Origin: Octopus sinensis
Lineage: Eukaryota
Length of the DNA: 64,000 bases
Direction: 5' to 3'
Assembly: GCF_006345805.1 (NCBI RefSeq)
Contig: NC_042998.1
Location: 171,616,001-171,680,000 of the forward strand
Shown here: positions 13,047-25,000 of the stretch, in pieces
Numbering within the stretch: the first letter of the stretch is position 1
Layout of the letters: each line of letters opens with the position of its first letter
The notes under the pieces: model-generated
Database searches by the model: none
Seen by the model: only the letters and a program-made list of their open reading frames with translations
Told to the model about the DNA's origin: nothing
Made by a program: the position numbers and the translations under genes

Positions 13047-16000
13047 TGGGGATTAAAAAATCCTGGCAGATATCAAGTAAGCATTCTGTATAAAGGAATA
13101 AGGTTAAATTTCCAACAAGTAGATACCAGTAAATGTATGCAGAATACAAATACTAGGTAAATCCTCATGTATGATAGGTAAATCCAACAATCCTTTTGCA
13201 GAATTTGAAGAAATTCAGAGTATTTAACAACAACCAATAATATGTATGAAGAAAATCATATATTTATTTTATATCACACCTTAAAAACCAAACAACTGTT
13301 TCAACTGCATATACATACAAATATATATATATATTTACCAATACCTACTTTCGTAAGCTAATTATTCAAATTGACAAAAACATTCTTTTCCAGGCTATGC
13401 TATTGCTCACATTTTTCATGGAAAAATGTGAGCAAGAGAAATAAAATTACATGGAAAAATGTGTGGAGGCCATGGTAATAGTGGTAGAAAAGACAGAGAC
13501 AGCACACCTGTGAGCCAGAGATTGGGATATGTTGCTGAGTAATTTTATGCTAATCAGTCAAATGACCTTTCTCTAGATAGAGTCTGAGACATGTGTGTAT
13601 ATCTAGTAGCAGCACTATCTCAGATGTCAGAGCGGCATTCTTTGTGAGTCTCACCTGAGCTTTGGAGGGCTGTTGAGAGTTAATAGTTGTATTGAGGGCT
13701 GAAAAGGAAGGTCAGTTTTTAATGCTCTGAAAAGGAAGTCTGTTTTTGATGATATAAATTGGGCTATGTTGGGAATATGTAAGCTGACACTGAATTAGCT
13801 TCGCTGACTGACAGGTGATGGTCATTTAGAGAATGCGTGGGCTAAGACCACGCTTTCATTGGTCAGCTAAAGTTGAGACAGTGTCACGTGACAACTTGCT
13901 GGGGCTGCCTGCTGGAGCCTAGCAGCAGGTATTTAAAGGGAAAAAATTTGATAATCAGTCAGTCACTTGCTGACACTCTTTGACGCTACATTGAAGAGGC
14001 CAGGGAACAGAAGAAAGAAGAAGAAAGAAGACATGCACCCAAGAAAAGAGCTGAAGACACCTCCGAAAGAGGGGGGAGGGCGCCATGTCAAAACGGTGGA
14101 GGAGTAAGGGCCAAAACCGGACATGGTTCCTCCTGATGATGTCTTGAGCTAACTGGATCCTATAAAGGAGCTGTTGTGGTAGCAGACCATGAAACATGGT
14201 TGTAATTCCTTCTTGAAAGAAAGATACTCAAACATTTCATCATCATCATCATCATCATTTAACGTCCGCTTTCCATGCTAGCATGGGTTGGACGGTTCAA
14301 CTGGGGTCTGGGGAGCCCGAAAGCTGCACCAGTCCAGTCAGATCTGGCAGTGTTTCTACAGCTGGATGCCCTTCCTAACGCCAACCACTCCGAGAGTGTA
14401 GTGGGTGATTTTATGTGCCACCGACACAGGTGCCAGACGAGGCTGGCAAACGGCCACGCTCGGATGGTGTTTTTTATGTGCCACCGATACAGGTGCCAGA
14501 CGAGGCTGGCAGACGGCCACGCTCGGATGGTGTTTTTATGTGCCACCGACACAGGTGCCAGATGAGGCTGGCAAACGGCCACGATCGGATGGTGTTTGTT
14601 ACGTGCCCACAGCACGGAGGCCAGTCGATGCGGTACTGGCTACGGCCACGTTCGGATGGTTTTCTTGTGTGCCACGTGCCACCGGCACTGGTACCACAAA
14701 GATACAAATTCCATTGATGTTCATCTATTTTGATTTGTTTTGATTTTCACTTGCCTCAACAGGTCTTCACAAGTGTCACAAGAAGGAAGGTATGCACAGG
14801 TGGACTGACTACGTCCCAGGTAGGGGCCACAGGTTATGGCCTGACTAGTCTTGCTGGGTCTTCGGATGGTGTTTTTATGTGCCACTGACACAGGTGCCAG
14901 ATGAGGCTGGCGAACGGCCACGATCGGATGGTGTTTGTTACGTGCCCACAGCACGGAGGCCAGTCGATGCGGTACTGGCTACGGCCACGTTCGGATGGTT
15001 TTCTTGTGTGCCACGTGCCACCGGCACTGGTACCACAAAGATACAATTCCATTGATGTTCATCTATTTTGATTTTTTTGATTTTCACTTGCCTCAACAGG
15101 TCTTCACAAGCGTCACAAGAAGGAAGGTATGCACAGGTGGACTGACTACGTCCCAGGTAGGGGCCACAGGTTATGGCCTGACTAGTCTTGCTGGGTCTTC
15201 GGATGGTGTTTTTATGTGCCACTGACACAGGTGCCAGATGAGGCTGGCGAACGGCCACGATCGGATGGTGTTTGTTACGTGCCCACAGTACGGAGGCCAG
15301 TCGGTGCGGTACTGGCTACGGCCACGTTCGGATGGTTTTCTTGTGTGCCACCGGCACTGGTACCACAAAGATACAATTCCATTAATGTTCATCTATTTTG
15401 ATTTGTTTTGGCTTGATTTTATTTGATTTGTTTTGATTTCATTTTGATTTTGATTTTCACTTGCCTCAACAGGCCTTCACAAGTATCACAAGGAGGAAGG
15501 TATGCACAGGTGGACTGACTACGTCCCAGGTAGGGGCCATGGGATATGGCCTGACTAGTCTTGCCGGGTCTTCGGATGGTGTTTTTATGTGCCACCGACA
15601 CAGGTGCTAGATGAGGCTGGCGAACGGCCACGATCGGATGGTGTTTGTTATGTGCCCACAGCACGATGGCCAGTCGATGCGGTACTGACTACGGCCACGT
15701 TCGGATGGATTTCTTGTGTGCCACAGGCACTGGTACCACAAAGATACAAATTCCATTGATGTTCATCTATTTGATTTGATTTGATTTTCACTTGCCTCAC
15801 AGTCTTCACAAGTGTCACAAGAAGGAAGGTATGCACAGGTGGACTGACTAGTCTTGCCGGGTCTTCGGAAGGTGTTTTTATGTTCCACCGACACAGGTGC
15901 CAGATGAGGCTGGCGAACGGCCATGATCGGATGGTGTTTTGTTACGTGCCCACAGCACGGAGGCCGGTCGATGCGGAACTGGCTACGGCCACGTTCGGAT

Positions 16001-19000
16001 GGTTCTCTTGTGTGCCACCGGCACTGGTACCACAAAGTGTGTGCCACCGGCACTGGTACCACAAAGATACAGATTCCATTGATGTTCATCTATTTTGATT
16101 TGTTTTGATTTTGATTTTCACTTGCCTCAACAGGTCTTCACAAGTGTCACAAGAAGAAGGTATGCACAGGTAGACTGACTACGTCCCAGGTAGGGGCCAT
16201 GGGTTATGGCCTGACTAGTCTTGCCGGGTCTTCGGATGGTGTTTTTAGTGCCACCGACACGGTGCTAGATGAGGCTGGCGAACGGCCGCGATCGGATGGT
16301 GTTTGTCATGTGCCCACAGCATAGAGGCCAGTCGATGTGGTACTGGCTACGGCCACTTTCGGATGGTTTTTCTCTTGTGTGCCACCAGCACTGGTACCAC
16401 AAAGATACAAATTCCATTGATGTTCATCTATTTTGATTTGTTTTGATTTTCACTTGCCTCAACAGGTCTTCACAAGTGTCACAAGAAGAAGGTATGCACA
16501 GGTGGACTGACTACGTCCCAGGTAGGGGCCACAGTTATGGCCTGACTAGTCTTGCTGGTCTTCGGATGGTGTTTTTATGTGCCACTGACACAGGTGCCAG
16601 ATGAGGCTGGCGAACGGCCACGATCGGATGGTGTTTTGTTACGTGCCCACATTACGGAGGCCAGTCGGTGCGGTACTGGCTACGGCCACGCTCGGATGGT
16701 TTTCTTGTGTGCCACCGCACTGGTACCACAAAGATACAATTCCATTAATGTTCATCTATTTGATTTGTTTTGACTTGATTTTATTTGATTTGTTTTGATT
16801 TCATTTTGATTTTGATTTTCACTTGCCTCAAGGCCTTCACAAGTATCACAAGGAGAGGTATGCACAGGTGGACTGACTACGTCCCAGGTAGGGGCCATGG
16901 GATATGGCCTGACTAGTCTTGCCGGGTCTTCGGATGGTGTTTTTATGTGCCACCGACACAGGTGCTAGATGAGGCTGCGAACGGCCACGATCGGATGGTG
17001 TTTGTTATGTGCCCACAGCACGATGGCCAGTCGATGCGGTACTGACTACGGCCACGTTCGGATGGATTTCTTGTGTGCCACAGGCACTGGTACCACAAAG
17101 ATACAAATTCCATTGATGTTCATCTATTTGATTTGATTTGATTTTCACTTGCCTCAACAGGTCTTCACAAGTGTCACAAGAAGGAAGGTATGCACAGTGG
17201 ACTGACTAGTCTTGCCGGGTCTTCGGAAGGTGTTTTTATGTGCCACCGACACAGGTGCCAGATGAGGCTGGCGAACGGCCATGATTGATGGTGTTTGTTA
17301 CGTGCCCACAGCACGGAGGCCGGTCGATGCGGAACTGGCTACGGCCACGTTCGGATGGTTCTCTTGTGTGCCACCGCACTGGTACCACAAAGTGTGTGCC
17401 ACCGGCACTGGTACCACAAAGAAAGAATACAGATTCAATCATTGATGGTCATCTATTTTGATTTGTTTTGATTTTGATTTTCACTTGCCTCAACAGGTCT
17501 TCACAAGTGTCACAAGAAGGAAGGTATGCACAGGTAGACTGACTACGTCCCAGGTAGGGGCCATGGGTTATGGCCTGACTAGTCTTGCCGGGTCTTCGGA
17601 TGGTGTTTTTATGTGCCACCGACACAGGTGCTAGATGAGGCTGGCGAACGGCCGCGATCGGATGTTTTGTCATGTGCCCACAGCACGGAGGCCAGTCGAT
17701 GTGGTACTGGCTACGGCCACTTTCGGATGGTTTTCTCTTGTGTGCCACCAGCACTGGTACCACAAGATACAAATTCCATTGATGTTCATCTATTTTGATT
17801 TGTTTTGATTTTGATTTTGATTTTCACTTGCCTCAACAGGTCTTCACAAGTGTCACAAGAAGGAAGGTATGCACAGGTGGACTGACTACGTCCCAGGTAG
17901 GGGCCACAGGTTGGCCTGACTAGTCTTGCTGGGTCTTCGGATGGTGTTTTTATGTTCCACTGACACAGGTGCCAGATGAGGCTGGCGAATGGCCACGATC
18001 GGATGGTGTTTGTTACGTGCCCACAGTACGGAGGCCAGTCGGTGCGGTACTGGCTACGGCCACGTTCGGATGGTTTTCTTGTGTGCCACCGGCACTGGTA
18101 CCACAAAGATACAATTCCATTAATGTTCATCTATTTTGATTTGTTTTGACTTGATTTTATTTGATTTGTTTTGATTTCATTTTGATTTTGATTTTCACTT
18201 GCCTCAACAGGCCTTCACAAGTACACAGGAGGAAGGTATGCACAGGTGGACTGACTACGTCCCAGGTAGGGCCATGGGATATGGCCTGACTAGTCTTGCC
18301 GGGTCTTCGGATGGTGTTTTTATGTGCCACCGACACAGGTGCTAGATGAGCTGGCGAACGGCCACGATCGGATGGTGTTTGTTATGTGCCCACAGCACGA
18401 TGGCCAGTCGATGCGGTACTGACTACGGCCACGTTCGGATGGATTTCTTGTGTGCCACAGGCACTGGTACCACAAGATATCAAATTCCATTGATGTTCAT
18501 CTATTTGATTTGATTTGATTTTCACTTGCCTCAACAGGTCTTCACAAGTGTCACAAGAAGGAAGGTATGCACAGGTGACTGACTAGTCTTGCCGGGTCTT
18601 CGGAAGGTGTTTTTATGTGCCACCGACACAGGTGCCAGATGAGGCTGGCGAACGGCCATGATCGGATGGTGTTTGTTACGTGCCCACAGCACGGAGGCCG
18701 GTCGATGCGGAACTGGCTACGGCACGTCGGATGGTTCTCTTGTGTGCCACCGGCACTGGTACCACAAAGTGGTGTGCCACCGGCACTGGTACCACAAAGA
18801 TACAGATTCCATTGATGTTCATCTATTTTGATTTGTTTTGATTTTGATTTTCACTTGCCTCAACAGGTCTTCACAAGTGTCACAAGAAGGAAGGTATGCA
18901 CAGGTAGACTGACTACGTCCCTGGTAGGGGCCATGGTTATGGCCTGACTAGTCTTGCCGGGTCTTCGGATGGTGTTTTTATGTGCCACCGACACAGGTGC

Positions 19001-22000
19001 TAGATGAGGCTGGCGACGGCCGCGATCGGATGGGTTTTGTCATGTGCCCACAGCATAGAGGCCAGTCGATGTGGTACTGGCTACGGCCACTTTCGGATGG
19101 TTTTCTCTTGTGTGCCACCAGCACTGGTACCACAAAGATACAAATTCCATTGATGTTCATCTATTTTGATTTGTTTTGATTTTCACTTGCCTCAACAGGT
19201 CTTCACAAGTGTCACAAGAAGGAGGTATGCACAGGTGGACTGACTACGTCCCAGGTAGGGGCCACAGTTATGGCCTGACTAGTCTTGCTGGGTCTTCGGA
19301 TGGTGTTTTTATGTGCCACTGACACAGGTGCCAGATGAGGCTGGCGAACGGCCACGATCGGATGGTGTTTGTTACGTGCCCACAGTACGGAGGCCAGTCG
19401 GTGCGGTACTGGCTACGGCCACGTTCGGATGGTTTTCTTGTGTGCCACCGGCACTGGTACCACAAAGATACAATTCCATTAATGTTCATCTATTTTGATT
19501 TGTTTTGACTTGATTTTATTTGATTTGTTTTGATTTCATTTTGATTTTGATTTTCACTTGCCTCAACAGGCCTTCACAAGTATCACAAGGAGGAAGGTAT
19601 GCACAGGTGGACTGACTACGTCCCAGGTAGGGGCCATGGGATATGGCCTGACTAGTCTTGCCGGGTCTTCGGATGGTGTTTTTATGTGCCACCGACACAG
19701 GTGCTAGATGAGGCTTGGCGAACGGCCACGATCGGATGGTGTGTTTATGTGCCCACAGCACGATGGCCAGTCGATGCGGTACTGACTACGGCCACGTTCG
19801 GATGGATTTCTTGTGTGCCACAGGCACTGGTACCACAAAGATACAAATTCCATTGATGTTCATCTATTTGATTTGATTTGATTTTCACTTGCCTCAACAG
19901 GTCTTCACAAGTGTCACAAGAAGGAAGGTATGCACAGGTGGACTGACTAGTCTTGCCGGGTCTTCGGAAGGTGTTTTTATGTGCCACCGACACAGGTGCC
20001 AGATGAGGCTGGCGAACGGCCATGATCGGATGGTGTTTGTTACGTGCCCACAGCACGGAGGCCGGTCGATGCGGAACTGGCTACGGCCACGTTCGGATGG
20101 TTCTCTTGTGTGCCACCGGCACTGGTACCACAAAGTGTGTGCCACCGGCACTGGTACCACAAAGATACAGATTCCATTGATGTTCATCTATTTTGATTTG
20201 TTTTGATTTTGATTTTCACTTGCCTCAACAGTCTTCACAAGTGTCACAAGAAGGAAGGTATGCACAGGTAGACTGACTACGTCCCAGGTAGGGGCCATGG
20301 GTTATGGCCTGACTAGTCTTGCCGGGTCTTCGGATGGTGTTTTTATGTGCCACCGACACAGGTGCTAGATGAGGCTGGCGAACGGCCGCGATCGGATGGT
20401 GTTTGTCATGTGCCCACAGCACGGAGGCCAGTCGATGTGGTACTGGCTACGGCCACTTTCGGATGGTTTTCTCTTGTGTGCCACCAGCACTGGTACCACA
20501 AAGAAACAATTCCATTGATGTTCATCTATTTTGATTTGTTTTGATTTTCACTTGCCTCAACAGGTCTTCACAAGTGTCACAAGAAGGAAGGTATGCACAG
20601 GTGGACTGACTACGTCCCAGGTAGGGGCCACAGGTATGGCCTGACTAGTCTTGCTGGGTCTTCGGATGGTGTTTTTATGTGCCACTGACACAGGTGCCAG
20701 ATGAGGCTGGCGAACGGCCACGATCGGATGTGTTTGTTACGTGCCCACAGTACGGAGGCCAGTCGGTGCGGTACTGGCTACAGCCACGTTCGGATGGTTT
20801 TCTTGTGTGCCACCCGCACTGGTACCAACAAAGATACAATTCCATTAATGTTCATCTATTTTGATTTGTTTTGACTTGATTTTATTTGATTTGTTTTGAT
20901 TTCATTTTGATTTTGATTTTCACTTGCCTCAACAGGCCTTCACAAGTATCACAAGGAGGAAGGTATGCACAGGTGGACTGACTACGTCCCAGGTAGGGGC
21001 CATGGGATATGGCCTGACTAGTCTTGCCGGTCTTCGGATGGTGTTTTTATGTGCCACCGACACAGGTGCTAGATGAGGCTGGCGAACGGCCACGATCGGA
21101 TGGTGTTTGTTATGTGCCCACAGCACGATGGCCAGTCGATGCGGTACTGACTACGCCACGTTCGGATGGATTTCTTGTGTGCCACAGGCACTGGTACCAC
21201 AAAGATACAAATTCCATTGATGTTCATCTATTTGATTTGATTTGATTTTCACTTGCCTCAACAGGTCTTCACAAGTGTCACAAGAAGGAAGGTATGCACA
21301 GGTGGACTGACTAGTCTTGCCGGGTCTTCGGAAGGTGTTTTTATGTGCCACCGACACAGGTGCCAGATGAGGCTGGCGAACGGCCATGATCGGATGGTGT
21401 TTGTTACGTGCCCACAGCACGGAGGCCGTCGATGCGGAACTGGCTACGGCCACGTTCGGATGGTTCTCTTGTGTGCCACCCGCACTGGTACCACAAAGTG
21501 TTGCCACCGGCACTGGTACCACAAAGATACAGATTCCATTGATGTTCATCTATTTTGATTTGTTTTGATTTTGATTTTCACTTGCCTCAACAGGTCTTCA
21601 CAAGTGTCACAAGAAGGAAGGTATGCACAGGTAGACTGACTACGTCCCAGGTAGGGGCCATGGGTTATGGCCTGACTAGTCTGCCGGGTCTTCGGATGGT
21701 GTTTTTATGTGCCACCGACACAGGTGCTAGATGAGGCTGGCGACGGCCGCGATCGGATGGTGTTTGTCATGTGCCCACAGCACGGAGGCCAGTCGATGTG
21801 GTACTGGCTACGGCCACTTTCGGATGGTTTTCTCTTGTGTGCCACCAGCACTGGTACCACAAAGATACAAATTCCATTGATGTTCATCTATTTTGATTTG
21901 TTTTGATTTGATTTTGATTTTCACTTGCCTCAACAGGTCTTCACAAGTGTCACAAGAAGGAAGGTATGCACAGGTGGACTGACTACGTCCCAGGTAGGGG

Positions 22001-25000
22001 CCACAGGTTATGGCCTGACTAGTCTTGCTGGGTCTTCGGATGGTGTTTTTATGTTCCACTGACACAGGTGCCAGATGAGGCTGGCGAATGGCCACGATCG
22101 GATGGTGTTTGTTACGTGCCCACAGTACGGAGGCCAGTCGGTGCGGTACTGGCTACGGCCACGTTCGGATGGTTTTCTTGTGTGCCACCGGCACTGGTAC
22201 CACAAAGATACAATTCCATTATGTTCATCTATTTTGATTTGTTTTGACTTGATTTTATTTGATTTGTTTTGATTTCATTTTGATTTTGATTTTCACTTGC
22301 CTCAACAGCCTTCACAAGTATCACAAGGAGGAAGGTATGCACAGGTGGACTGACTACGTCCCAGGTAGGGGCCATGGGATATGGCCTGACTAGTCTTGCC
22401 GGGTCTTCGGATGGTGTTTTTATGTGCCACCGACACAGGTGCTAGATGAGGCTGGCGAACGGCCACGATCGGATGGTGTTTGTATGTGCCCACAGCACGA
22501 TGGCCAGTCGATGCGGTACTGACTACGGCCACGTTCGGATGGATTTCTTGTGTGACACAGGCACTGGTACCACAAAGATACAAATTCCATTGATGTTCAT
22601 CTATTTGATTTGATTTTGATTTTCACTTGCCTCAACAGGTCTTCACAAGTGTCACAAGAAGGAGGTATGCACAGGTGGACTGACTAGTCTTGCCGGGTCT
22701 TCGGAAGGTGTTTTTATGTGCCACCGACACAGGTGCCAGATGAGGCTGGCGAACGGCCATGATCGTATGGTGTTTGTTACGTGCCCACAGCACGGAGGCC
22801 GGTCGATGCGGAACTGGCTACGGCCACGTTCGGATGGTTCTCTGTGTGCCACCGGCACTGGTACCACAAAGATACAGATTCCATTGATGTTCATCTATTT
22901 TGATTTGTTTTGATTTTGATTTTCACTTGCCTCAACAGGTCTTCACAAGTGTCACAAGAAGGAAGGTATGCACAGGTAGACTGACTACGTCCCAGGTAGG
23001 GGCCATGGGTTATGGCCTGACTAGTCTTGCCGGGTCTTCGGATGGTGTTTTTATGTGCCACCGACACAGTGCCAGATGAGGCTGGCGAACGGCCATGATC
23101 GGATGGTGTTGTTACGTGCCCACAGCACGGAGGCCGGTCGATGCGGAACTGGCTACGGCCACGTTCGGATGGTTCTCTTGTGTGCCACCGGCACTGGTAC
23201 CACAAAGTGTGTGCCACCGGCACTGGTACCACAAAGATACAGATTCCATTGATGTTCATCTATTTTGATTTGTTTTGATTTTGATTTTCACTTGCCTCAA
23301 CAGGTCTTCACAAGTGTCACAAGAAGGAAGGTATGCACAGGTAGACTGACTACGTCCCAGGTAGGGGCCATGGGTTATGGCCTGACTAGTCTTGCCGGGT
23401 CTTCGGATGGTGTTTTTATGTGCCACCGACACAGGTGCTAGATGAGGCTGGCGAACGGCCGCGATCGGATGGTGTTTGTCATGTGCCCACAGCACTGAGG
23501 CCAGTCGATGTGGTACTGGCTACGGCCACTTTCGGATGGTTTTCTCTTGTGTGCCACCAGCACTGGTACCACAAAGATACAAATTCCATTGATGTTCATC
23601 TATTTTGATTTGTTTTGATTTTCACTTGCCTCAACAGGTCTTCACAAGTGTCACAAGAAGGAAGGTATGCACAGGTGGACTGACTACGTCCCAGGTAGGG
23701 GCCACAGGTTATGGCCTGACTAGTCTTGCTGGGTCTTCGGATGGTGTTTTTATGTGCCACTGACACAGGTGCCAGATGAGGCTGGCGAACGGCCACGATC
23801 GGATGGTGTTTGTTACGTGCCCACAGTACGGAGGCCAGTCGGTGCGGTACTGGCTACGGCCACGTTCGGATGGTTTTTCTTGTGTGCCACCGCACTGGTA
23901 CCACAAAGATACAATTCCATTAATGTTCATCTATTTGATTTGTTTTGATTTTGATTTTATTTGATTTGTTTTGATTTCATTTTGATTTTGATTTTCACTT
24001 GCCTCAACAGGCCTTCACAAGTATCACAAGGAGGAAGGTATGCACAGTGGACTGACTACGTCCCAGGTAGGGGCCATGGGATATGGCCTGACTAGTCTTG
24101 CCGGGTCTTCGGATGGTGTTTTTATGTGCCACCGACACAGGTGCTAGATGAGGCTGGCGAACGGCCACGATCGGATGGTGTTTGTTATGTGCCCACAGCA
24201 CGATGGCCAGTCGATGCGGTACTGACTACGGCCACGTTCGGATGGATTTCTTGTGTGCCACAGGCACTGGTACCACAAAGATACAAATTCCATTGATGTT
24301 CATCTATTTGATTTTGATTTTGATTTTCACTTGCCTCAACAGGTCTTCACAAGTGTCACAAGAAGGAAGGTATGCACAGGTGGACTGACTAGTCTTGCCG
24401 GGTCTTCGGAAGGTGTTTTTATGTGCCACCGACACAGGTGCCAGATGAGGCTGGCGAACGGCCATGATCGGATGGTGTTTGTTACGTGCCCACAGCACGG
24501 AGGCCGGTCGATGCGGAACTGGCTACGGCCACGTTCAGATGGATCTCTTGTGTGCCACCGGCACTGGTACCACAAAGTGTGTGCCACCGGCACTGGTACC
24601 ACAAAGATACAGATTCCATTGATGTTCATCTATTTTGATTTGTTTTGATTTTGATTTTCACTTGCCTCAACAGGTCTTCACAAGTGTCACAAGAAGGAAG
24701 GTATGCACAGGTAGACTGACTACGTCCCAGGTAGGGGCCATGGGTTATGGCCTGACTAGTCTTGCCGGGTCTTCGGATGGTGTTTTTATGTGCCACCGAC
24801 ACAGGTGCTAGATGAGGCTGGCGAACGGCCGCGATCGGATGGTGTTTGTCATGTGCCCACAGCACGGAGGCCAGTCGATGTGGTACTGGCTACGGCCACT
24901 TTCGGATGGTTTTCTCTTGTGTGCCACCAGCACTGGTACCACAAAGATACAAATTCCATTGATGTTCATCTATTTTGATTTGTTTTGATTTGATTTTGAT

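Noticed and set aside
14730-14765. Hammerhead-like CTGTTGAggcaagtGAAA on the minus strand of each monomer (retrozyme hypothesis)
   Set aside because: The core has U at the invariant A6 position, there is no stem II or stem III, and the same sequence is in the parent UTR.
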